DNA of 64,000 bases. Source: Polyangiales bacterium. GTDB taxonomy: Bacteria; Myxococcota_A; Polyangia; Polyangiales; Polyangiaceae. Below the pieces are notes generated by a model, which searched no databases, had not been told where the DNA came from, and saw nothing but the letters and a program-made list of their open reading frames with translations. Where the stretch lies: assembly GCA_038231275.1 (NCBI GenBank), contig JBBRLQ010000002.1, positions 1 to 64,000 of the forward strand, given 5' to 3'. A program made the position numbers and the translations under genes. Of this stretch, positions 18,503-27,126 are shown piece by piece. Every line of letters starts with the position of its first letter. Positions within the stretch are counted from its first letter, which is position 1.

Positions 18503-19986
18503 CAGGCGGTCTCCGGAAGCTGCTTGGTGCTCGGGACTTGTTCGGTGTGCGGCGAAGGCTCCAGCGCCTCGGGAGCGCCGCGCTCCATCTCGTCGGCCTG
18601 GTCGAGCAACGCCTTCGCGGCGGCGTGCGAGCCCTGTGCTTGGAGCACCGTCGCCAGCGCGCGTGCAGCGAGCGGAGCGCTGGAGAGCGCGGCGACTTCG
18701 GGGGCCGCGGTCGCCGCGACGGCGAGGGCGCGTTTCCACGCGGTCATTGCGCCGTTTTCGGCCTTCATGCGCGCGGCGAGTTGCCCGGCCATCCGATGGC
18801 TCTCGATGGCGAGCATCGGCTCGCCGTTTCGCTCGGCGAGCTCGCCGGCGCGCGTGTAGCATCCGACCGCGTCGCGCGTGTCGTTGCGTGACTCGCTCGC
18901 CGCGAGCACAGCGCCCATGCCCGCGAACGCAAGCGCGGCGATGTCGAGGAGCGCGAGCTTCTCTGCGCGCGCGGCCACACCTTCGAAGGTCTTCGTAGCA
19001 GCCGCGTTGTTCTTGGCGCTCAAATGGTAGGTGGCCAAGATCAGCTCGAGGAGGCACCACAAGCGCGGCAAGCCGGCGCACGCGCGAACCGCCTTCGTTT
19101 GGAGCTCGACAGCCCGCGCCCCCTTCCCTTCTTGAACGGCGACGGCGGCTCCGAGGATGTCCTGTCGAAGCGCCACGCCCGCGGCGCCCATCAACGCCGC
19201 GGCCGCACCGAGCTCCTTCTCGAGGAGCTTCTGATCGAGCGTGGGACCACCGGTCTTCTGATCGGGTGGGACGACTCCCTTCGGCGCGGCGCCGCCGGCG
19301 AGCTGCTCGGGGGCAGCGCCGAGCGGAGCGTTCGCCGCCGCGGCCATCGCCGCGAGGTGCTCACGCCGGTACACGTCGGGATCGACCTCGCAGCGCGCGC
19401 GAAGCACGGCATCGGAGCCGAGGCCCTTCTCGATGCCAGCGGCGAGCGTGTCACCGAGCTCGAGCACGATGAACCGCACCTCCGCGAGCTCGGGTTCTTC
19501 GGCGAGAGCCACGATGGAGGTCGCGAGCCCCGCGCTCTCCTCGACGACACCCGGCGCCAGCACGACGACGAGCCCGTGGAGCTCCTTCGCGCTGCGTTGC
19601 GCGGCGAGGCATTGCCGAAGCTGCCCTCCAAACGTCGCGAGCTCGTTCGGTCGGTGCACGAGCGCCGGAATCGCGCCGAGCGACATGCCCTCTTTCGCGA
19701 GAAGCTCCCGGCGCGCGGCGTGAATCACCGCCATGCGCTCGGCGCGCGCCAGCCAGCCCGATTCGATCGCGAGGTGCGCGTCCTCGAGCACGAAGAACGG
19801 ACTCCGATTGTGTGGGTGCCCTTCGCTCAGCGTGAGCTGGTGAAGCGCCACCGGGCGTTCGCTGCCCGAGGTCGCGACGTGCAGCACGCGAATCTCCGGC
19901 GCCACGAAGAACCACGTGACGTCCGCGGCGAGTGCCGAAAACGCTGCGTGGGACGGGCCCGAGGGGGTCGCGACGGGCGGGCTCAA
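18502..19986 (-). CDS. Hypothetical protein with helical/TPR-like C-terminal half; candidate Rhs adaptor/chaperone
   Basis: 494 aa; overlaps both the spike gene and rhs; Ala-rich helical repeats. Confidence 0.75.
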   Translation of the reverse strand: MSPPVATPSGPSHAAFSALAADVTWFFVAPEIRVLHVATSGSERPVALHQLTLSEGHPHNRSPFFVLEDAHLAIESGWLARAERMAVIHAARRELLAKEGMSLGAIPALVHRPNELATFGGQLRQCLAAQRSAKELHGLVVVLAPGVVEESAGLATSIVALAEEPELAEVRFIVLELGDTLAAGIEKGLGSDAVLRARCEVDPDVYRREHLAAMAAAANAPLGAAPEQLAGGAAPKGVVPPDQKTGGPTLDQKLLEKELGAAAALMGAAGVALRQDILGAAVAVQEGKGARAVELQTKAVRACAGLPRLWCLLELILATYHLSAKNNAAATKTFEGVAARAEKLALLDIAALAFAGMGAVLAASESRNDTRDAVGCYTRAGELAERNGEPMLAIESHRMAGQLAARMKAENGAMTAWKRALAVAATAAPEVAALSSAPLAARALATVLQAQGSHAAAKALLDQADEMERGAPEALEPSPHTEQVPSTKQLPETA

Positions 19987-20897
19987 TTTAGCTTCACCAA
20001 CAGGCCGGAGATTTCATTCGTGCCCGTCAGCGCCGTCGATTTCACGGTCGGCCCCGAGATCTCGACGCCCGCCGCGCTAATCTTCAGGCCGCTCTGCCCC
20101 ACGCCGAGAACGATCTCGCTCGGCGCTTGGATCGAAACCTTCCCCCCTGTCATGCTCACCTGCGCACCCTGGCAATTGATCTCGATCTGCGGCTCGGCGG
20201 TGACCGTGACCTTGCCTGCCTCGTCCACCAGGATCGTGGTCCCCTTGTGGTGAATCTTCACGTGACCCGCGGCCTCGAGCTCCACGTTGCCGCCCTCGAA
20301 CGTCGCGAGGGTCGCCCCCTGTTTGAGCTCGATTTTACGGTCGCCCGTGACGTGCACGTCGTAGCGCGCGTGCGCCTCGTACGCGTCCGTCTCGAGCTTC
20401 GTGAGGAGCTTGACGTTGGTGGTGTGGTTTCCAGTGTCGACGTTCACGGTGCGATCGCCGGCCGCGACGTGGAGCGAGTCGCCGCCGCTCGTGATGGTGT
20501 GCGTCCGCCCCATCGCCACGACGACGTCTTGTGTGTCGTCGTGAATGACGCGAACGCGTCCCTTCACGTGTTCGAGCTTTTCGCCGTCGGTCGCAAGCTG
20601 GATTCCGAGGGCCGGATCGCTGATGCCGTCGCCACCCGGCGCGCCGAGCGAGATCGTCGTCAACGGCGTGCGCGCCGTCATGTGCACGTGGTTGTCCGTC
20701 GCCATGCGGATGCCCGGCGTCTTGCCGGAACCGAAGTCGAGCTCCGTCTGCTCCGCCGGCACGTGAAACCGGAGGAGGCTCTTCTCGCCCGACATAGGCG
20801 CTGCTGCCGCCGGCGGCGGCTCCCACGTGAGCGCGCTGTCCCCGGTGAGGGCTTCGGCGTACGGGTCGATCGGACGAGGCTTGGACTTGCCGGCCAT
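19983..20897 (-). CDS. Stand-alone VgrG/gp5 C-terminal beta-helix spike protein
   Basis: Short beta-repeats (DTQDVVVAMGRTHTITSGGDSLHVAAGDRTVNV) and a VgrG-type end (SEIVLGVGQSGLKISAAGVEISGPTVKS...EISGLLVKLN). Confidence 0.8.
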   Translation of the reverse strand: MAGKSKPRPIDPYAEALTGDSALTWEPPPAAAAPMSGEKSLLRFHVPAEQTELDFGSGKTPGIRMATDNHVHMTARTPLTTISLGAPGGDGISDPALGIQLATDGEKLEHVKGRVRVIHDDTQDVVVAMGRTHTITSGGDSLHVAAGDRTVNVDTGNHTTNVKLLTKLETDAYEAHARYDVHVTGDRKIELKQGATLATFEGGNVELEAAGHVKIHHKGTTILVDEAGKVTVTAEPQIEINCQGAQVSMTGGKVSIQAPSEIVLGVGQSGLKISAAGVEISGPTVKSTALTGTNEISGLLVKLN

Positions 20898-20930
20898 GAG
20901 GTGGATTCCTTCTGCGGGGTCTTCGGAGGA

Positions 20931-22439
20931 TCAGTGCACGCCGCGCGAGGACGGCGGGCCGTTGTTGTCTTCCATCACGAAGCGTATGCCAGCCGCGGAC
21001 TGCACGACCGACTGAGACGCGTTCTTGCTCGCCGACGGGCTTGGCGTGTGGGCGTTCGGAACCGCGCCGACGATGATGGGGCGGTCCGGGTTGCCTCCGA
21101 CGAATGCGAGGACGACCTCGGTCCCCTTGTGCAGCGGAAAGTGCGAGCCATAGCCGGCGCCGGCGTACGACTGCGCCATCCGGACCCAGTTTGAAGCGCG
21201 CTCGCCCTGGTTGCCCGTGCTGTCGAACGGAAGGCGCACCCGGTACCGGCCCTGCCCGTTGATGGTGGAGAACTTCCCTGCGGTGTCCGAGTCGATGTGG
21301 GCGTGCATTACGCCGTCGATGGTCGGCCAGGGGGTCGTGCGCGCGGGACGGTACTGCACGGCGACGGGAAGCGCCTCGAACGACGCGCGGTAGCCGAAGT
21401 GCTTTTCGTCGGTCGCAGGGCGACCATCCTCCGACGGGTCAATCTGGCCCACGAAGTGATCGATGACGGCGAGGAGGTACTTGCCGTTCTCGTCGGTCGC
21501 GAAGTGCTCGTCGAGCTCGAACGTGTGGCCGACGCGGAAGCGGGTGCAGTCCGTCCGCCCGCGCTGTGTCGCCTGCTCCGTGCGGCACCGCTCGGCGCGC
21601 TTCTGTGCGAGGGCCTTGCCGGCGTCTGCGTTCTCGAAGTGCTCACCGTAGGCGAAGAGGACGCCAAAGCCATGCGCGCGGTCCGCATCGGCGTGCGCGA
21701 CCATCGGCATATTGGGGTTCAGCTCGTTGTAGTCCTTGAGGATCACGCGCGCCGCCGTCCGGCGCTTGCTGCCGCTCCAAGCGAAGACGCTATCGCACGT
21801 GCGCACCATGTTCCCGAGCTCGCGGTACGGGAGGGTCGCGTCGCCCGCGATCCTGCTCGCGCCATGGGCCGAGTCCGAGATGACGAGCTTCTCGCCCTCG
21901 GCGCCGTGCTCGAACCAGTAGTAGAGCCCCTCGTGCTCGAACCAGCGCTGCAGGAAGCCCCAGTCGCTCTCCTCGTACTGCACGCAGAACTCACGCTTCT
22001 CGAGCTTGCCGAAGACGCGGATCGCGAAGTCTCGCTCTCCCGACAGGCCGAACCGCGTCAGGATCTCCGACGCCATGTCCGTCACCGTAATGTTCTGGAA
22101 GACGCGGCTGACGCGCGAGAGCGTGAGGAGCCACACCGAAGGAACCACGCTGGCGACGTAGACGGCGCACTGGCCCTCGCGCGACTCGAGGAGCTCCACT
22201 TCACGAACGACACCGTGGACGACGTCGTCCGCGCCGCGACCGAACGTGAACGAGCACGGCGACGCGAGGAGCTTGTCGATCTCGGCGCCCACGAGCCGGC
22301 CCGTGGTCACGGCGAAGCGGACGCGGAACTCGTAGAGGCCCCCGAGCTGCTCGCGACCGGCGATCTCCTGCACGCGGACGGTCTCGGGATCGAGCGCCGC
22401 AGAGGTGAGGACAACGCCGAGGTGCCAAAGTTCGTTCAT
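20931..22439 (-). CDS. vgrG: VgrG (TssI) gp27-like base + gp5 OB-fold, without spike
   Basis: GREQLGGLYEF, SRVFQN, REFCVQYEESDWGFLQRWFEHEGLYYWFEH, GRYRVRLPFD, WVRMAQSYAG, GTEVVLAFVGGNPDRPIIVGAVPN; stops soon after the OB-fold. Confidence 0.95.
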   Translation of the reverse strand: MNELWHLGVVLTSAALDPETVRVQEIAGREQLGGLYEFRVRFAVTTGRLVGAEIDKLLASPCSFTFGRGADDVVHGVVREVELLESREGQCAVYVASVVPSVWLLTLSRVSRVFQNITVTDMASEILTRFGLSGERDFAIRVFGKLEKREFCVQYEESDWGFLQRWFEHEGLYYWFEHGAEGEKLVISDSAHGASRIAGDATLPYRELGNMVRTCDSVFAWSGSKRRTAARVILKDYNELNPNMPMVAHADADRAHGFGVLFAYGEHFENADAGKALAQKRAERCRTEQATQRGRTDCTRFRVGHTFELDEHFATDENGKYLLAVIDHFVGQIDPSEDGRPATDEKHFGYRASFEALPVAVQYRPARTTPWPTIDGVMHAHIDSDTAGKFSTINGQGRYRVRLPFDSTGNQGERASNWVRMAQSYAGAGYGSHFPLHKGTEVVLAFVGGNPDRPIIVGAVPNAHTPSPSASKNASQSVVQSAAGIRFVMEDNNGPPSSRGVH

Positions 22440-22506
22440 GTCCGGGCTCCTGAAAGGCGCAGGGGAAGTCGCGCCCTGCCCTCCCCCCTCGGCACGGGGC
22501 CGAGGG

Positions 22507-22538
22507 AGTTGCTGAAAAGGAGCTCGGCTCGAAAATGA
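22507..22538 (-). promoter_or_regulatory. Bipartite motif upstream of vgrG (plus-strand AGTTGCTGAAAA-N14-AAATGA)
   Basis: Identical boxes and spacing recur at 23429-23460; weaker copy at 3740-3771. Confidence 0.6.
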
Positions 22539-22577
22539 CTACGTAACCGCATAGAATTGCTGGCAACGCTGCCGCCG

Positions 22578-23222
22578 TCATCCGGACTTCGCTGCCCGGT
22601 GCGCCAGCTCGAGAAACTGGGGGTCGTCCTCGAGTCTGTCGCTGAGCGTCCCCTGAATCATCCGCAGCTCGCCTTTCGCCAAGTCCTCGGAGGTGACGGG
22701 TGGATTCAACGACGCGCTCCGACAGCGGGGACGCCTCGACGACGCTAGTCGCCGCCGCGACGGACGCGATCGGCGGCGCAACGGCTCACACCCCCGATGC
22801 ACAGTCGAGATCCTCGGGAGGGGCGCGGTCCGGCAAACAGCGACGCAGGGGTACGGGTGCGCGTGCGACGCCAAGAAGTCTGCGGTCGCATACTCCCCTT
22901 CCCTCGCGCAGCAGGTCGGCCGTCCAAACGTGCTGACGTCGTCCATATCGCGATGGACCGAGCGCAGGTAGGACTCGATCGCTGCGGCGGCACGCTTGGC
23001 GGACAGCACGCCGGCGCGCCACTCGTAGACGACGTCCTCGACGAACGTTTCAACCTCCGCGGCGCGACCGATGATCCACGTCGCCGCGAGATCCTCGGTA
23101 CGGGCCGCCGCAACGAGGCGACGGTGATCCGCCTCGGACAGGCCGAGCGCCGCCGAGAAGCGCTCGGCGTGGTTCACGACGGCCTGCAGCGGTTCGGGAA
23201 AACCGGGCCCGAAGGGGTTCAT
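22578..23222 (-). CDS. Hypothetical protein (C-terminal part possibly frameshifted)
   Basis: ATGA overlap with 23219-23401; helical N-terminal half, Arg-rich tail. Confidence 0.55.
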   Translation of the reverse strand: MNPFGPGFPEPLQAVVNHAERFSAALGLSEADHRRLVAAARTEDLAATWIIGRAAEVETFVEDVVYEWRAGVLSAKRAAAAIESYLRSVHRDMDDVSTFGRPTCCAREGEYATADFLASHAHPYPCVAVCRTAPLPRISTVHRGCEPLRRRSRPSRRRLASSRRPRCRSASLNPPVTSEDLAKGELRMIQGTLSDRLEDDPQFLELAHRAAKSG

Positions 23223-23401
23223 CGCCCGCGCTCCGCGGCGGCGGCGGCGGCGGTCGGCTGGGCCGCGAGGTTAGCGCGGCAGGCGGTGCAGTCGCACGCG
23301 AGCTCCGGCGGCTTGGCTTGGAGCGAGACGACGACGCGGTCTCCGAACTCGTCGCGAACGGGCCTTATGACGGCGACCGGGGTAACTGTCGATGTGCTCA
23401 T
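23219..23401 (-). CDS. Small hypothetical protein with CxCxxC motif
   Basis: RBS GGGAGG before ATG 23401; MSTSTVTPVAV...LACDCTAC. Confidence 0.5.
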   Translation of the reverse strand: MSTSTVTPVAVIRPVRDEFGDRVVVSLQAKPPELACDCTACRANLAAQPTAAAAAAERGR

Positions 23402-23428
23402 GCCTCCCCGTCGGCGCGAGCGCCCGGA

Positions 23429-23460
23429 AGTTGCTGAAAAAGTGACGTTCGGAGAAATGA
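23429..23460 (-). promoter_or_regulatory. Second copy of the bipartite motif
   Basis: AGTTGCTGAAAA-N14-AAATGA, about 28 bp upstream of ATG 23401. Confidence 0.6.
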
Positions 23461-23539
23461 GCCGCCGACCGCGCGAAAACAGGCAACCGCGGCGGGCTCG
23501 GTGCCGATGAGGGGGCAGACCTCCGAAAGGCAGGACCAC

Positions 23540-23809
23540 ATGAGCGACCTCCTCGGCACGATCGCCACCACCCTCAGGACCGTTCTCGGCACCGTCATCT
23601 GCATGGGCGGCACAACATTCCTTTTCAAGCTCGGAGCCTTCGGACCGTGCGGGAAGCCCGTCGCCTCCGGCGACGAGTGCGGCGCGGTGCCAATCACGCT
23701 CGAGCATCCGCTCCTCTCGCTCGAGGAGTCGTCGCCGGCGACCACTGCCCGCGTCGAAGAGGAAGACGATTCGCCGGTTCTCACCAAAGTCGCCGTGGCC
23801 CTGCGATAG
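23540..23809 (+). CDS. Small hypothetical membrane protein
   Basis: ATG with RBS AGGA; hydrophobic N-terminus; immediately precedes 23822. Confidence 0.45.
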   Translation: MSDLLGTIATTLRTVLGTVICMGGTTFLFKLGAFGPCGKPVASGDECGAVPITLEHPLLSLEESSPATTARVEEEDDSPVLTKVAVALR

Positions 23810-23821
23810 CCTGCCCCTCCG

Positions 23822-25711
23822 ATGGCACGATCAGGTCAAACCATCTGGCTGAGCGGCGGCATCGGCACGCTCCGCATCTTCCTGGGCACGCCACCGCGTG
23901 GCACCGCCGGGAGGCCGGTTGCGCCCCAACGCTTCGCCGCGGAGCTGCGCGCATGGATCGCGGGCGGCGTTGGCGCAAACCATGCCGTCTGGGTCGACAT
24001 CTACGAGTGGCTCGGCACGCCGCTGCCGAAGCCTCCACTGCGACGCGACCTCACGCGCATGGCCGACGAGCTCGTGGCGGCATTCGAGAATAGTCGGCTC
24101 TGCGCGCTGCGAAGTGAGACAGGAGACGGAGGGCCGCGGGAAGCGTTCGGACCGAACACCATCCGCGACGCGACGCCACCAGGCCCGCACGAACCTGGCG
24201 AAGACCCGGACTTCATCCGGATACTCCTCTTCGATTCGACGGGTGCGCCAGTGCCAAGCGACTTGGACCCGCTCGATGTGACCGTGGACATTCAGGTGGG
24301 AGGGGGCGGCCCCGTCTTCAGGGGACTGCCCCTCGTTGGCGGAATGGCCGACGTCGCAGCGATCGATCCGGGGAACCCATCGCAGTGCACCGTCCGATTC
24401 GTCGGCGTCGCGGCCTCTGCGGAGCCGGTCCCGCGGGAAGCGCCCCCCGCCGCACCCGTCGTCGATGTGAGCGCGCTCGTGCGAGGGTCGCTCGAAGGTC
24501 CTCGCCTGGTGACGCGCCGCGAATTAGCGCTCGTTCAGGCCGCGACGCTGCGCGCGACGACCGTGTTTCAACTCCGACGACGCGACGTGGACGCTGTGGA
24601 GCTCGAGCACTTTCCGGAGGGGGGTGCAGTGCTGTGGCCGGGAGCGGTGCCGAACGATTTGCCCCTTGCCAGTAGCGCGGCGCAGGTTCGAGGCATCGAC
24701 ACGCTACGGGCCTGTATCTCCTACGGAGAGGGCTACGATCCCCGTCAGATTCTCGTTACGGGCCACGGACGTCATTCGCAAGAACGAGCCGACGGCATCA
24801 AGGCTCTGCTCGCCGGTGACGCGCCCGCGCGTCGGAAGTGGGTGTCTCTTGCCCAGAAGCATGCCGATGTCGCGGATCAACAGGCCATCCTCAAGTGGGT
24901 CGCCACCGAGTTTGGATGGTGGTGCGACCCGGGAGAAGTCGACGGCGAGCTTGGTCCGCTGACGCGCTCCGCGCTCCGCGGATTTCAGGAGTCGTTCAAC
25001 GTGGATCGCGCCGCCGGCCTTTTGCCCTTCGCCCCGGTGTCCGAGCCGATCTGGGTCGACGGAATCGTCGGGCCGCAGACCTTCGGCGCAATGTACGACT
25101 GTTACCAACGTGCGCTCGGCGACCCCGCGGCGAGGCAGGCGAACTTCACGACGAATGACCTACGCGCGGTCGGCTGCGGCAGTCATCACACCGAGACGCC
25201 TTTCAAGGCGCACCCGCAGCGTCGCTCCGAACGACGTCGTGTCGAGGTGCTTCTCTTCGACGACGGTGAACAGCCGGCCGCCGTCTGTACCGCGCACTCC
25301 GCATCGCCGTGCAACGCCGCGACGTGTGAGCTCTACGACCCACGCGAGTACACCTTCGAGTATCTGCCCGTCACCCGTCACCGGGCCGTCGCGCCCTTCC
25401 GACTGAGCCTCACGGTCGGCGGCGATACTCCGTGGACGACGAACGACAAGCTGGTCATCGTCGACTCGAGTGGAACGACGGTGTTCGAGCGACGCCTCGG
25501 GGAAGGTGTCCTCGTGGGCCCCCGACGGATCTTCACGTTCGCGGACTACGAAGCGAGCAAGCAATACCGCGGCGAGATCCGCTTCGGAGAGAGCAGGTTC
25601 GTTCTCTTCGGGCCGTCCGATGTCGGCTCGGTCCAAGACCCCGACTCCGCGACAGTCGCGGTCGCCGACGTGTCCGTCCTCGACGGAGAAGAACCAGGGA
25701 GCAAGTCATGA
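23822..25711 (+). CDS. OmpA-like + peptidoglycan-binding domain protein
   Basis: DPGEVDGELGPLTRSALRGFQ and VDGIVGPQTF (PG_binding_1); degenerate OmpA motifs ILVTGH..SQERA..I, VGCG, RRVEVLLF. Confidence 0.8.
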   Translation: MARSGQTIWLSGGIGTLRIFLGTPPRGTAGRPVAPQRFAAELRAWIAGGVGANHAVWVDIYEWLGTPLPKPPLRRDLTRMADELVAAFENSRLCALRSETGDGGPREAFGPNTIRDATPPGPHEPGEDPDFIRILLFDSTGAPVPSDLDPLDVTVDIQVGGGGPVFRGLPLVGGMADVAAIDPGNPSQCTVRFVGVAASAEPVPREAPPAAPVVDVSALVRGSLEGPRLVTRRELALVQAATLRATTVFQLRRRDVDAVELEHFPEGGAVLWPGAVPNDLPLASSAAQVRGIDTLRACISYGEGYDPRQILVTGHGRHSQERADGIKALLAGDAPARRKWVSLAQKHADVADQQAILKWVATEFGWWCDPGEVDGELGPLTRSALRGFQESFNVDRAAGLLPFAPVSEPIWVDGIVGPQTFGAMYDCYQRALGDPAARQANFTTNDLRAVGCGSHHTETPFKAHPQRRSERRRVEVLLFDDGEQPAAVCTAHSASPCNAATCELYDPREYTFEYLPVTRHRAVAPFRLSLTVGGDTPWTTNDKLVIVDSSGTTVFERRLGEGVLVGPRRIFTFADYEASKQYRGEIRFGESRFVLFGPSDVGSVQDPDSATVAVADVSVLDGEEPGSKS

Positions 25712-27126
25712 GCGACCATTTTTGCACGCTCCAAGGGTTCGACGTTCTGCAAGAGGCCGTGCCCGATGCCGTTCACGAGATCTCGCTCGATGGCGGGGCA
25801 TCGTTCCGAACCATCGTTGGCAAGGAGAGAACCGACGGCGTCAAGCTCCGCGAGGATCAGAAGTTCGTCGCGCGCGTCTCGAAGGCAGGTCTCTTCACGG
25901 TGACGCAACCCCTCGTCGTCCAAGGCGGGAATCATCTGGCCTTCGACGGCGAACCCGACTTCGGAGCGAGACCCGTGTTCAGCCACAGCACGAGCCCCGT
26001 CGTCCAATGGCGCCACGTTCTTCACACGTCACTCACGCTCCTCCGCGACGCAACGCCGGATCGTAAGGCGCACGGCTGCGCCGACTTGCCCAGCTACGCT
26101 CACAACATGCTTTCGTTCGGGGGCGCCGCCGTGCTGGCTTCAGGAGGCTGGGGTTGGGCGCGCTTCGCGGGCGGCCTCGCTCCCGAGGTGCCTTCGCTGC
26201 CGAGCGGGAAGCTGCTCTTCTTCAAGACGGTCGTTGGTGCAAAGCTGCCCGGTGGAGCGAAGCGCGTGCCGGAGCTGACCGCGGTCTACGTGCCAAGCAG
26301 CGTCGATCTCGCGAAGCCGCTGCCGATGCACGTCTTCTTTTCGCCCTTCACGCACCCAAAGAAGGGCGACTACCCCTACTCGACCGACTTCAACGCGATG
26401 ATCGACAACTACCTGGTGTCCGGCGGGAAGCGCCTCGTGAACCAGATCAACGCCGCGAAGAAGAAGTGCATCTTGGTCTTTCCGGTGGCGCCGCGGGAGG
26501 AACACTTCGCGGGCGTTCTCCCCGCAGCTCAGTTGCGGCGGTTCTTGTTGGAGGTCGCGTGCTGCGTGCGGCGAACGGCTGGCGGAGAGACATTCCAGTT
26601 CGAGAGACCAACGCTCGGACTCTGCTCAGCCTCGGCCTTCAGCTCTGGCGCCGAGCCTCTCATCGCATTGATGCAATCCTCGATGGCGAACGAGTTCCCG
26701 GAGTTGCGCGAGATCTACTCGCTCGACGGATTTCCGGGTGGCTCGACGAAAGCGTTTGGCGGCATGGCGGCGACGGCCACAGCTTGGTGGGGCAACGGCG
26801 CCAAAGGCAGGCGCCTTCGAATGTACAGCCACTATGGGGAGGGCGCGGGTCCGGCCGAGCTTCCGGCGTTTGCAAAGACACCGACGAGTCGGAACGGCGA
26901 CGCGTTTGCAACGGAGCTCGAGAAGGCGACGTACGTCCATGCGCCGACGACCTTTTGGCAGCGACTCTTCGACGAACAGGCCGACACGTCGAGTCCCCTG
27001 TCGGGCTACTTCTGGGCGTGGGCCTTGGACCGCGACAAGACGAAGGACGGGGATCGGGTTCACCAGCTCATGCCGTCCGTCTTCCTGGAGCACGCCTTTC
27101 GGAACTCGGCGTATGAAGACGCGTAG
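25708..27126 (+). CDS. Hypothetical protein, possible alpha/beta-hydrolase-fold effector
   Basis: Start MSDHFC overlaps the upstream stop (ATGA); AFSSG nucleophile-elbow-like, EIYSLDG and a late His (RVHQLMP). Confidence 0.65.
   Translation: MSDHFCTLQGFDVLQEAVPDAVHEISLDGGASFRTIVGKERTDGVKLREDQKFVARVSKAGLFTVTQPLVVQGGNHLAFDGEPDFGARPVFSHSTSPVVQWRHVLHTSLTLLRDATPDRKAHGCADLPSYAHNMLSFGGAAVLASGGWGWARFAGGLAPEVPSLPSGKLLFFKTVVGAKLPGGAKRVPELTAVYVPSSVDLAKPLPMHVFFSPFTHPKKGDYPYSTDFNAMIDNYLVSGGKRLVNQINAAKKKCILVFPVAPREEHFAGVLPAAQLRRFLLEVACCVRRTAGGETFQFERPTLGLCSASAFSSGAEPLIALMQSSMANEFPELREIYSLDGFPGGSTKAFGGMAATATAWWGNGAKGRRLRMYSHYGEGAGPAELPAFAKTPTSRNGDAFATELEKATYVHAPTTFWQRLFDEQADTSSPLSGYFWAWALDRDKTKDGDRVHQLMPSVFLEHAFRNSAYEDA

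Noticed and set aside
18503-19081. Arg-rich N-terminal extension of the 1547-aa Rhs ORF
   Set aside because: Overlaps the 494-aa gene in another frame; the real start is more likely ATG 18502.
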